From Trypethelium eluteriae (taxonomy: Eukaryota), in NCBI GenBank assembly GCA_051942245.1, contig JAVECL010000079.1, positions 1 through 59,380 on the forward strand: a stretch of 59,380 bases of DNA. Reading direction: 5' to 3'. Of the stretch, positions 47,301 through 59,380 are shown in pieces. The translations under genes and the position numbers were made by a program. How positions within the stretch are numbered: position 1 is the first letter of the stretch; every line of letters starts with the position of its first letter. The notes beneath the pieces were generated by a model. That model did not search any database and was not told where the DNA came from. It worked only from the letters and a program-made list of their open reading frames with translations.

Positions 47301-49687
47301 ATGAAGTTTCTCTCATGCTTTGATTCATTGGTTCTGGTCGCGATCGTTTTCTTATCGATAATCGGCGCTGCTTCAAGCCAGGCTGGGGCTCCGCTCAGCG
47401 TCCCTCCCACCCAAGACTGGTAAGAGACCGTGCACTCAACAAGCTGCGCAACTCTAATACTCCTCGAAGGGATGGAATCGATGGACCTTGGTCCACATTC
47501 TGGGCACAGGTTGGAACACCACCGCAGGTGGTCAGGCTTCTTCCAGGAACTTCTGCAGATGCTCTCTGGGTACCACTTCCCGAAGGATGCACTTCTCAAG
47601 ATCCTCCAGACTGTCTCCAAAGCCGGACGGTTTTCAATCCAAATGAGTCTTCGACGTGGCATCAGATAGGTATCTATCATCTCGGACTGAGCCAGGAAAG
47701 CTTTTTGGGTTATGATCCAGACACGGATAATGCTAAAGATGCAAACGAAACCTTTACCCTTGGCCTGCCCGGCTCTGGGCTACCAACAGTAAACAACTCC
47801 ATCGTCGAAGGAATCGCAACAAAGGATTTTTATATGGGGTTGATTGGACTGAATCCTCAAGCTATCAATCTCTCCAGCATTGCTGATCCACAGCCAAGCC
47901 TTCTTCAATCCTTGAGAGATTCCGGCAGCATCCCGAGTCTTTCCTGGGCATATACAGCTGGGTCTGTAAACCTTGGCAGTGCAGCATATGGAAGCTTGAC
48001 TCTGGGTGGCTATGACACCAGCCGCTTCCTCGTCAACAATCTCTCGTTTCCTTTCGTGGCGGATTCATCGAGGGATCTTGTGATTGGAGTTCAATCTATC
48101 AAAACGGACGCGCCAAATAATAGTTCGCTGCTAACTGAAGGGATCAGTGCATTCATTGACTCGCTCGTGCCGGAGTTCTGGCTGCCCCTGGAGGTCTGCA
48201 CTGCATTTGAACAGGCCTTCGGATTGACATGGAACGAAACTGAGTCGCGCTATTTATTGAATGATAGTGCTCACAATGCGCTCGTGGATTTGAACCCGAA
48301 CGTCACCTTCACATTAGGAGCAGAATCCTCCGGTGGCGATAACGTCAATATTGTATTCCCGTACACGTCATTTGACTTGACGGCAACTCCTCCGCTCGTG
48401 AATAAGAGTTCTTCTTACTTTCCGTTGAAGAGAGCGCAAAACTCAACACAATATACACTAGGGCGGGCCTTTTTCCAGAACGCCTATGTGATTACCGACT
48501 ACGAACGATCTAACTTCTCTGTTCATCAAGCTCTCGTTCCATCAAGTACAAATAAGCAAAACCTTGTGCCCATACTCTCCCCCAACCCTACCGAGCAGCC
48601 AAGTCAACCGAGCTTGACGAGTCAAACGAACAAGTCGAATTCATCGGGCGTGAGTGGCGGGGCTATTGCAGGCATTGTCATTGGCGTCCTAGCAGTCCTG
48701 ATAGCTGCTGTTGGAGCGATATTATTCTACCGTCGACAGAAAAAAAGAAGACGGTCCGAAGCGCAGCCAAAAGAAGAACCATATATTTATCCGAAGGCAG
48801 AGCTCGACGGAACCGGAGCAGTAACAAAACAGCCAGACACACCGCCGCGGGACCAGAAACATGGATTCTATGCACCAGTCACTCCAGAGCTTGATCATGA
48901 GACGCCAGGGATGGTGGAGCTTGCTGGTGCAGCTGATTTCTCCAGTGGGATGGGCTCTCCAGCAGCAGAACTTGAGAGTGATCCAAACTCTCCATATAAT
49001 GATCCAACGACAACTCAGACTCGCGACATGAGCAGTCAGCAGTTCGAAAGGCCATCCGAGTATTTCCCCACCCATGCATCGACGTTCGGAAGCCACGAAA
49101 TGGATGGCTCGGATCTTGGGTTACAAGAGGCGGCTACGGTAGTGACAGCACAGCAAAGCAATGATACCGATAGCTTGCGAGACAGACGAATGGATCCCAA
49201 AGCAGGAATGTCTCCGGAAATCCGAAACGATCTTGAATCTCTGCGGGATAAGCAAGTTAGTCCGGACCCTACAAGGACATCACAAATGACAGAATTTGGA
49301 TCAATAGCGGGCCAGCACCTTGGTTCTGAAGGCGGAGCGACTTCACATAGACTACATGACTTGGAATCGCTTCGAAACCGGCAAGTCAGTCCTGGCGTGG
49401 CCACTCCTTCCGAGCCAGGAAGCGATCCCGACGATTCACGAGGAAGACGAACTAGCCCGGGTCTACTCTATTCTCCGGATGCTTCAAGCTTTTACTTCGG
49501 TCCATCATCCCAACACCGAGGAGTCAGTCCTTATATCGGCAGTACGACAGATACAGGAACCGGTCCGCTAAGCCCTTTACACTTGAGACAGGGTAGTGGT
49601 GACGGTACTGTAACTCCAACCACAGGAAGCGAGTCCCCAGGACTATCGCGAGACGGTCATGCTACTCAATCTAATCCAGAAACTTGA
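47301..49687 (+). CDS. Pepsin-like (peptidase A1 fold) single-pass membrane protein, probably catalytically inactive; join(47301..47419,47470..49687)
   Basis: Signal peptide; W|DGIDGPWSTF..QVGTPPQVVRLLPGTS; GSLTLGGYD; YTLGRAFFQNAYVITDYE; TM segment GAIAGIVIGVLAVLIAAVGAILFYRR; long disordered tail. Confidence 0.85.
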
Positions 49688-52644
49688 AGGTTTGATACCT
49701 GGAACCATCAATTAGATTACTTGTGCGAGAAGGCTTCGGAGAACCATTCTTTGCTTTCATTTGTTCAGTGGAAAGACTTCCGGTTCGCGTATGTTTGCGT
49801 GTGTTTGCGCAGTTCTAACAAGTAAGAGATAGGGAAAATTCTCGAATAGGGATTTCGGGCGGGACGGTCCTTCGCAGTGTGCTGGAGGTCGGCGATTGCG
49901 CTAAAAATGATACCAATCCTTTTCGGCCTGAGAGGCTAATCAAATTTTCTCTGAATGTTGTTTGTCAGCGTTTTACATGTGTCCAGTACTTGAGTTTGCT
50001 AGCATACCTCTACCGGGTACGGAAAGGTGCATTGGAGCGACGAGTCCATCTTTAGGGAAATGCATAGATTTTGGTGGGAGGTTCGAAGAGGAGCAAACAA
50101 ATTATCTTCCAATATTTGACGTTCGCCACTCTCTTAATCATCCTATAATCTTGTAAGATCTGACTAACGTGATCCTTTGCTGACTTTGGGGTCATGTCTG
50201 TGTTACTCAGGCAACTGCATGCTTAGCAAGAACCATTGAATTAATGCCGGCAGAGTGGCGGCCAAGCTGTATCTCAAGAGAACGGGAAAGGGAACACACG
50301 GCTCGAACACAAAGAAGCAAGCCATATCCAAATCCTAGCGCTCCCTAACAATGTATGGTTCGAAGTGTCGGCTGTGAACGGGGGGTTATCCTGAAGTTTG
50401 TCTTGGTTACTAGCGGAGCGATGCTAAGTGACTATGAGCATTGATCGGAATGGCCCTATTAAAAGCTCTTCCGTATTTGTCACATCATACCTCCTGAGAC
50501 CATAGTCTTCGAGCTTACGAGCTTTGTCGATTGATGAAATATCGGCGCCCTCGAACTGCCAGTAGCGAACGTGGCCATTGGATTTTGGTCGAAATGCCTC
50601 AAGAGATGACTTAGGAACCTAGCGACACCATTTGCATTAGAATTGCGCTAATTCCTCGAGATGCATAGATGAGACCTCTGTTTACCTCCAACATTGACGA
50701 GTATCGTCGCCTATATCTAGGTAGCGATGTCCATCTTTGAAATGATACATAATACATAGAACGAGCATCACACAAGATCACTTAATGAAATTAAAGGACA
50801 ACTCGTCAAAGTTTTGGTCTTGACTTCACCTGAGGCTTGACTGACCATCCCCGGAAACGTACTGCTGAAAGAATTCAATGAATGGCTCAGAAAGATAACA
50901 CAACAAATGAGATTTCCCATGCAACAAGCTTTGGACACTTGGAATTGTACCACGACTTTGGTTGCAAACATCCGCTCCAGCTATATGGTGCAGAATACCG
51001 CCCGAAACCCCTATTAAAGCTAAGTGTTATCTATTCCTTCAACGTTAGGAAGTATATTGTCCTCCATTCCCTCCTTCAGACTCACAACTGGCCCGAGCTT
51101 GGGCTTTCGGGCGAAGGCTTAGAGGGTACCCAGTGCCTACCCCTTTGATCCACTAGATCCCTGATAACAAGAAAGCAAGCGATACCCACAACGTCTATCT
51201 CACGAATTTCGAAACAACATCAAACGCAAATGTACACAGATTCATAGTACAGAAGGCATTATTGTGGAAGCAATTGAAAATAATTATGGGAGTCGTGAAT
51301 ATATGACATTCTCACTACAGATGACGAATAAGACCTTTAGGGAGAGAGAGCAATTGTTGGACGCGATTTGAGAGTGTATAATTCACTAAGATGAGCGCAA
51401 TTCCGAATGGCCAGACTTGCTCATTCGATTCCTAGGTTGGAAAGAGACCCATTGGTGTGGAGATTGAGAAAGTGGACAGCTGCAAGTATGCTCTCTAGGT
51501 CATACTCTAGCTACGGGTTGATATACTTCACTCCCTCTCAAAGTACTGATCGAGCGAGCCAAGAAACTTACTTGTTGTCAAAACGAAATCGTGTAGTCAC
51601 CACTTAGGTTTCTCACTGGACCAGTATTGAATGGGGGGCTAGGGTCTCCTTCAGGATTCAAAGTTTCTAGTGACGGCCTATAATGTTCTATCTTTATCAA
51701 GGATTCATTCGCATCAACACATTAATCTTGAAGCCCCTTACGGGACTGCGAAGCCCCTCTTAGCTTTGCTGCGCATCGCCCTCAGCTTGCTGATTGGAAT
51801 TACAATTCTCCGCGCCATAGCAGACTGCAGTAAGAAGCAGATATTGCGATTTTTGAAAGCTTCGGAATTCCATCATCTTGTTGGGTGCTGAGCAGCTCTG
51901 TAATGATGCTGCTTTAGATCGAGTTCTAGTAGTCCAACATAATGCCACAGTCCTTGCAAACAGATTGTACTTCTCGACCATGGTTAGAAGCAAAGTCACA
52001 GTTAGTCCCGCCGAGCTCTTCTTTGTCGTTAAAGGGTCTATAGAGACTGTCAGCATCTAATACATGTAGAATGAACGAGGAGCGTCAGTGAATCTCGCGA
52101 GAGCTGGCTCCATTCGCTGGCGGTGAAACGGCACTAGCCTTTTGCAGATTATAGGTATCTGATCCGGATGGAGACCCGCAGGCTACCTCTGGACAACACG
52201 AGAGCCTGTTTTAGCTGCCAGAGATAGAAATGGAGAGGAGTAGCCACAGGCTAATCATCTGTGGAAACATAAAAGGCGAAACGGCAGAGACACCGAGACT
52301 GGTCTTCAAGTTGGATTTGTGGGACTGGCAAAGCAGAAGTCTGCATCCCTACAGAAAAGAAATGTGGAGGGACAGCAGCTCTAGAAATTGATTTTGACGA
52401 TTGCTCCAATCTAACGTGAACAACATTCCTGATGGTAAAGTGAAGAATAATTAGAGGTGGAGGACATCATCTTTCAATACACAAGTCGACAGCTCAGCTC
52501 GTACACGACTCACCAAGTCGATGAACGAGAAGGAGGCTGCCCAAATGAGGATGAATACCAAACTCTTCTGCAGTGCCCGCAAATGAACCATCGCACCCAT
52601 AACGTATTCAGTGTGATGAGGCATTTACGTGTTCCCTCGTTCAT

Positions 52645-54452
52645 TTACTTCAAGAACCCCGCCTCCTTCATCTTGTTTATCTGCTTCTCTCCTCTCGTCG
52701 CTATTTGCTCCAGTAATCTTGCTGGGGCATCGATCTTATCCATCACAACCTCTACCATCTTCACTCCTTCCTGCTCCTCGAAGCCGGTATCGCCCAGCAC
52801 CTTCTCTAGCTCCTCTTTCGTACTCACCCGCCGAAAACTCTTCTCCGCCTGATCGTCTGGCATCCCAAATAGTTGTAACGTATATCTGAAATTGTACGGA
52901 CTGATGTCGTTATAGCTCTGGTGAGCCCCATGAATCGCCCGCTCGATAGTGTAGCCCGCATTGTTGATCACCATGATCGTCACTCTCAACCGCCTTGTGA
53001 TCATGGTGCCCACCTCTGCCATTGTCAGCTGGAAGCTGCCGTCTCCTGTGATAAGCAACGTCCTTCCCGTCGACTGCCCCGTCTCATGTGCCAATTCCTG
53101 CAACGCGGCAGCGCAGCCTAAAGCGGCGGGCGTCGCCCATCCAATGCTGCCGTAATAGTTTTGAGTCTGGAAAGAGAATTTAGAAGGGAAGGGGTAGTCA
53201 GTGAAGCCGAAGGCGGCGGTACCAGTGTCGGCGAAGAGGAAGTCGCCGGACCGAAACCATGCGGACAGACGGCTCCAGATCCAAGCTTGAGTTATGTGAG
53301 TGGCGGCATTATCGTCAGTGTGGATGCCGTTTGCGAGAGTGTGATCTGAGGATGGTGCAGAGATGGTGATGCTAGAGAGAGAAGAAAGAAGGCGTTTGAG
53401 GAACGGCTTCATCCAGATGTTGGGAAATGTTCTACCTTTGACCTGGTGTTTAAGATTAGTGAGGGTCTGAAGGAACAATAGTGGAGAGAACTTACGATTA
53501 CAGACTGGGGATTTACTTCGATGCTATTCTCTTTCGATAGCTTTCTTGAGAAGCCCCCTGTATTGGTATCAGAGGGTAAGCTGCCGATCACAAGCACGAG
53601 ATCACTATGCTCCATGACGTTCTTGGTGCCGGCTGCACCAACAACTCCATTGTATACGCCGATCCAATTCGGAAGCGTCTCATCATAGATGCTCTTTCCC
53701 ATAACGGACGAAGATACGGGAACATTGAGTTTCTGCAGTACAGCTTGTGCATCAGCTTTAGCATTGTGTCGGTGAGCGAGAACATCTATGAAAGCAGTTG
53801 GGCTTTTAGCTTCTTGCAAGGCCTCGATGGTAGCGTCGATAGCTTCTGCTTCTGCATGTGAATCCGAAGGCATTGACAAGTCAATTTTGGTATCCAACAG
53901 ACTGGCCGCAACTTGCTCATGGACCATGTCGAGAGGTATGAAGATATAAACCGGAAACGACTGCACAAAGCATTCACGGATGACTCGATCAATCTCCCAA
54001 GTCGCCTTCTCCAGATCCGTGATCTCCGCCAGCTCGACCGCTGCGCAACGTGTAGGCTCTGACATCTTAGCATAGACGCGATGATCAGGATCGAATCCAA
54101 TAGAATGGTGGATCATCATATTGCGTTTCTGCATCGGCCTAGTTGTTTGCCCGACAACATGTATCAGTTTGACTTGCTCGGCATGAGCGCCAGCAACCCC
54201 ATTGATCGCACTAAGCTCGCCAACCCCATGAGTTGTGACAAGGCACCCTGGAATGCCCTTGGCTCTGCTGTATCCATCCGCAGCATAAGCAGAATTTAGC
54301 TCATTGGCATTGCCCATCCATTGGAGGCCAGGAACGTCGTAAATGTAGTCGAGAAGCTCGAGTTGGAAGTCTCCCGGCAAGCCCATGATACTACTAATGC
54401 CGACTTCGCGAATTCGCTTCCACAGATAGAAGCCAAGAGAAATAGTGGCCAT
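52645..54452 (-). CDS. Thiamine-diphosphate-dependent 2-oxoacid decarboxylase (pyruvate decarboxylase/Aro10-like); join(54452..53496,53442..52645)
   Basis: GLPGDFQL, NANELNSAYAADGYSR, GVGELSAING, HH pair, YGSIGW and the ThDP motif GDGSFQLT...INNAGYTIERAIH. Confidence 0.9.
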
Positions 54453-55061
54453 TGTGAACGAATGCTGGAATTAAATTCTGAGATGTAGCAAAACAGAAAA
54501 ATAATTAGACTCCAGGCCGAATGCGAGAATGCAAAGAGATATGGAGCATCAGTCAAACAGGGATGGAGCCAGTAGAACCCGTTCTACTACTCTGCACAAC
54601 GAACAGGTTCAACCGGCATGAGAGACCTGAAATTCGAATACAGTTCCCACTCCCAAAACTACGGCGCAGCAGAGTATTATATACCTCCACTCATTAGTAA
54701 GTAAGCATAAAGTCAGTCAAGCCGGGTCATCGATAGGCGAGCTAGGCGCAGGATCGGCTACCATCGGCTTTCCAGATCAACCTTCGGATCTCACCCTTCA
54801 AGCGCCGCGTACCGTAGTTTGCAGATAAGAGATCACGGGGGAGTTGATATCCAGGATTTCGTTTGGTAAGATGGGTATGTGTTGACCAAAGTTGACAGGG
54901 AAGCAAGAGGCATTCTACAGTAGTGGGGCAACAAGCACCGGAAGGAGTACATCATTAGCCAGCTCTACTGAGGGGTAAGGCGATAGAGCAAACAGCTGAA
55001 AATTGTTACGCAGTGAAAGACAAGGCTTATAACCCATTCGCAAAAGGAGCTTATTCGCGGC

Positions 55062-56205
55062 CTACGGAGCCGAATCTCCTGCGGTGCTAGTCGCTGTGGC
55101 TGCTTCAACACCATTCCTCTTGCTTCCCTCATAGCTCGCCAGCTTAAAATCGTACGAGAGCTCAAATTGGGCTTTCGGATTACCCTCTAGCGGCGCAAAG
55201 TCGACAACCAAGGAGTCTTTCACCGCGAAGACTGCATCGTCGGTAAGATGAGGGTCTCTTCGATCAAAAATTTGCGTAACAATTGGCTTGTATCCCGGCG
55301 CCGTCACCTGCAATCCAATGGTCAGCAATGAAAAGCTTGCATCATTTTCGCATATGAGCGGCTTCTTACGATGAAATGGATATGCGCCGGTCTCATTGGA
55401 TGGCGATCTAAGAGTTTTAGTAACTTCCCTCCCGCCCCGTCGTGGGGAATTGGGTAGCTTGTCGGTCTCAAGCACACGAATTGATATTTCCCATCCTTCC
55501 CTGTAGTAAACCTGCCTCTCAGGTTGTAATCTGGCTGATCCGGATCCTGCTGCTCATACAGTCCATTCGGTGCCGTGTGCCACACGTCCAACTCCGCGCC
55601 CTCAACCGGAATACCCGTAGTATGGTCCAACACGGTCCCATGCATAAGTGTGAAATCTCCATCGTCAATACCAAACACGATTGTCTCTCCCATGTTCCTC
55701 TTCGGGGCATGCTTACGCCAGAATGGGCCCAGGACGGCTGACGCGGTTGCGCCGTCTTTCGCATCGGTCGCAAGCTTGTAGGTGATTTCGTCAACGAGAG
55801 ATTCTACACCTAAGATATCGAAGAAGAGCTGGCCTTCATTTCGCCGGTCATCAGACATTCTTCCGGCTTCGTTCAACTAAGATTCAGAAAAGTTTAGTTC
55901 GTGTTTTTCATACCAGCCAACTGTAATTTGGAAATGTGCGAACATACTAGATCCACGGCTGCCATGAATTCTTCGGTTGTAATCTCGTTCTCTCGACAGA
56001 AGTCGTGCATATGCTTGATTAAGCTCGGCATGACCTGCTTCAACCGTGGCGATGCTCCTGGACCTGTTGCATTGATGACGGCCTGCGTGAAATTGGGATT
56101 GAATCTGTGATCCTCCTTTGTCTGAGCAACCCCATTTGCGGCTCCATTGGTGATGGTCTGGAAGTCTGGGCCTTCCGCAGGATCTTGAAGCTTGAGAGAC
56201 TCCAT
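55062..56205 (-). CDS. Intradiol ring-cleavage dioxygenase (catechol/hydroxyquinol 1,2-dioxygenase); join(56205..55948,55876..55370,55307..55062)
   Basis: AVLGPF, LDVWHTAPNGLYEQQD, RPTSYPIP and RPAHIHF, which supply the 2 Tyr + 2 His Fe ligands. Confidence 0.9.
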
Positions 56206-57101
56206 GGGATGTGCTTTGGGCCTGTGAACGTTGCCAGCAGTTTGTACAGCTGTTGGGCTTTCGACAACGGGATGTTATAGTCGTCTTGTAGTTGCACGGC
56301 CGTCACACCGTGAAACGTCTATTATTCATGGCTATCTCAGCAAGAGCTAAGCATCACCGATGATCTATGTTCAGCGCGTTGGCCGCGATCGCCCACATTA
56401 GCAGGCCTGATTATTGCGGGGGTTGTCTGCCATTGGTAATGGCCTGCCACCGGTGAGCAGACTTGACGCTCGGAAAGGTTCCGTATGCTTAACAAAGTGC
56501 AAGTCAAATAGAGAAATGGAGCTGCGAGTCTGCCATGCGGTCGGGCTCGAAGAGACCTCAGCCACCTTAGCCATTCACGCCATTTTACCACTGACACGGC
56601 AATCCTAGTCCTAGAGGCCACAGACGCTCATCGACGGCTCCACACATAAACTAAATCACTGCGACGGGACTTCAAAGCACGTCTAATTATTAATGCATTG
56701 AGAAACGGTCTTTGCTCTCACTTTGTATGAACTAGCTTCCGGACTGTAGCCTCTAGCTGGAGATTTCCTGCGACGTGACCAGCACGAGTCGCAAGGATTA
56801 CCTAAGATAGGTAAGCAGCCTCGGCGATGGAGCTTGTGGCTTCGCTCGGATGCGTCGCAGTAAGGACAGCCCCGAATCTACTCCACAAAAGTTGACTTCA
56901 GGCTGCCTATGGACATAGGCCAAACAGTAGAACTTCAAAATGTTAATTGTGGAAAACAAAAACAATCATCGCATTTGAAGCGTAAATATGATAGCTATGC
57001 AGAGGAGGCCCATTTATCGATGCTAAAAGCTGTAGAGTTTAGTCTGCATTGTAACAGCCGTATATGTTTATGCTCTCTATCTAGCTCATGGGTTTTCGCA
57101 T

Positions 57102-57138
57102 CATCGGAAGACCATAGGAAGACCATCGGAAGACCATC
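57102..57138. repeat. Short tandem repeat, 11-bp unit CATMGGAAGAC, about 3.4 copies
   Basis: catcggaagac-cataggaagac-catcggaagac-catc. Confidence 0.8.
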
Positions 57139-58643
57139 AGCTGATCAGGTATGCAACTACTCTCCTAAATTGTGCAATGCCGTTTTTGGCACAATAGGTC
57201 ATTTGCCAGTAAGAAACGAAATTTACGAGATGAAGAAATGAGAGTATAACGGATCAGTCTCAACAGGGAGGACCAGGGTCTACAGGCAAATGGAGTAGAA
57301 CTGGACTCTTCGGAATTTTCTTCCGTGTCCACTAATACAGAGCTGATCCTTGGGATAAGGGAAGATCTCTCCAATTGGTGCGACGGGTCTCTGGGATCGA
57401 ATATGATGATGTGGATTCGGTGGGGACATCCGTAAGCGAGATCAGTTCAGCGCTGCGTGTAAGTTTCCGAAGAACCCTATTGATGCACTTACAGATCTTC
57501 TTGGGAATCGATGATAGCGACTGAGTAACCTTAGACATCTCTGCGCAACTGGATGATAAGATGGGCGTCACTGCCCGCGAGCTGTGTTAGTAAAGCACGG
57601 TGCTACTGTCTGTGCACCCTGACTGAACGTGGCGATGTTTGAGTAGAACCCTGACATAGCCAAGCATAGCTCATTTTATAGATGCTAACATCGGACGATA
57701 ACAGGTGGAGTTTGTGAAGGGTGCAGATCATCTTGTGTGAGTCACACAAGCCCAGCAGGGACCCTTGATGAGCAGATTTATCCCTCGTTCCGCAATCACA
57801 TAAGCAGACCAGACAAAGAGACTCTGATAGTACTTCGAGGCACCCACTCCATTCTATCCCACCAACCTTCTGGCGAGCGTACTCGATGAAATGAGAGTAG
57901 AACCAAGAGCAACGAAAGAATTAATGGGAGAGTGAAGACATTGACATGTTCACCAACTTAAACTCATCATCAATGTGAGCTCATAAGATAGTCGTCATCA
58001 CTCTTGCAACAAAGCGGTGAAAACCCATGAGCGCATAAGCATTCGATTCAAAAGGGACAAAGTAGTATGAAGACCAAAGTTTAAGGAGAAATCCGAACCA
58101 GAACTTGATACTGTTGCGCAAAAGCAGAAGCGATGAATAGAAAAGGCAAGCAAGAAATGACCAGAAACCCCTCTACTGGTAGAAGAGGTCAGTGGTACCT
58201 CACGCTTCGCTGACTATGCTCGCACGCATGTTTGACGATTGGAGGACGTATCTCGATGGTGCGGTGATAGCGATTTTCTTTGGTATTCCTCGATAGCTCA
58301 TTGATGCCAGTGACATCGCTGAACTTGCTATCGCGAATGTTATGCAATAGACGACAACTAATGTATTCGACCCTTGAGAAATCCTCGGTAATTGGAAGGC
58401 TAATGGTGTGCTTGCCTTGAAAATCATCGTTCCGATCAGCGTCAGTGTGTGGAGAGTAGTCCCAAATGACTGGGCTGGCATAGAATAAAAATAAGATGCT
58501 TTCGTGACTCCGTGAGATAACAATGGTGCTCTTCCCGACATTTACCCGAGTTAAGAGCTTGGGAGAAGTACAGAGCACGTCTACTCCAGGTTAATCCTTC
58601 AATTCCCCATTCTCTTCCCTGTCGACTTCGAACCCGAAGCAAG

Positions 58644-59159
58644 ATGGCTTCAGGATACGGACTCAATGGCGGTACGCATTCCTTAAGCCTTCAATCCTAC
58701 TTCGTGCAGCTCATAGCATTCCAACACCTCGCAGCCGCCAATACAAGGTCAATAAACTCACTGCTTGCTAGGCCCCTCCCGATGCTTCCCGTTCTGGCAA
58801 GAAGTTCTCGCTTGCTACGTCGTCAACACCACCACTGAGGATGACTCCGGCAAGAAGAAATGCGCTCCCGTTCTAGAAGACTACTACGAATGCTTGCATC
58901 ACAAGAAAGAGGTAGCGAATGCCGATGCACTTTTCTGAATGACAGAACAGGAGGAATGCTAATTTTCTCTGATGGGTCATAGGCTGCGCGGGTACGCGCT
59001 CTGCAAGCAGCGTACCAGAAAGCCGAAGCCAAGAATCCCCGCGATGATGCACCTTCCGCCGCACAGATACGGACACTAGGACTATTAGAGGAGTCGATGG
59101 AGGACAAGAATTTGAAGCCGGCGAGGTTCCTGCCGTACAAAAAGCCGAGCATTACATGA
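58644..59159 (+). CDS. NDUFS5: Complex I accessory subunit NDUFS5 (NIPM, twin-Cx9C type); join(58644..58671,58772..58911,58983..59159)
   Basis: Spliced product MASGYGLNGGPSRCFPFWQEVLACYVVN...KKKCAPVLEDYYECLHHKKEAARVRALQAAY. Confidence 0.9.
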
Positions 59160-59306
59160 AGAGAGATGACAAAGCCTGGGCGTTTGGGAGACGGTATTGA
59201 GCATTTCATCTGAGCGGCTGGTCTGAGCTAGAAACTCGAAAAAAAGCCGAGCATGTATATATACAGCACAAGCATCACTGTTCGATGACCTATTCGCCGT
59301 CCACTA

Positions 59307-59380
59307 CTAAAGCTCCATGATGTCGGTCCACGTCCACACCAGCTTCTTCAGATCCTCTCCACCCCCTCGATACCCACCCC
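59307..59380 (-). CDS. Possible 3' end of a gene entering from beyond the window
   Basis: Frame ...GGYRGGGEDLKKLVWTWTDIMEL-stop, with the G-rich sense-strand composition seen at other gene ends here. Too short to identify. Confidence 0.4.
   Translation of the reverse strand, partial: GGYRGGGEDLKKLVWTWTDIMEL

Noticed and set aside
49700..52600. Short ORFs in the long spacer
   Set aside because: No recognisable motifs or consistent splice structure.
57400..57525. ATGATGA...CTGA as a C/D snoRNA
   Set aside because: No convincing terminal stem or recognisable rRNA guide; such motifs arise by chance.

Overview
Gene-dense eukaryotic DNA from a filamentous ascomycete (Pezizomycotina): short GT-AG introns with CTRAY branch points and standard fungal genes. 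I can support about 23 protein-coding genes, most reconstructed by hand across introns. They include an ING-family chromatin protein (partial), TeaR, a PXB/DUF3818 protein, an LtrA-like protein, a DUF5695-like secreted glycosidase, a small bHLH factor, a Munc13/C2 protein, Rlp24, a DUF3074 protein, the m-AAA protease, an AtrR-like Zn2Cys6 factor, an alpha/beta hydrolase, Pam18, a GPI-anchored S/T-rich protein, a pepsin-like membrane protein, a pyruvate decarboxylase-like enzyme, an intradiol dioxygenase, complex I NDUFS5 and several orphans. The standout feature is a minus-strand tRNA-Leu(UAA) gene at 42922-43071 with two introns of apparently different classes. One is the usual short anticodon-loop intron. 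The other is a 53-nt GT...CTAAT...TAG spliceosomal-type intron in the D-loop, and removing it exactly restores the canonical Leu D-arm. A symmetric fold-back/MITE-like element flanked by 84-bp direct repeats lies upstream of RLP24. Family assignments come from motif recognition; no database search was run.
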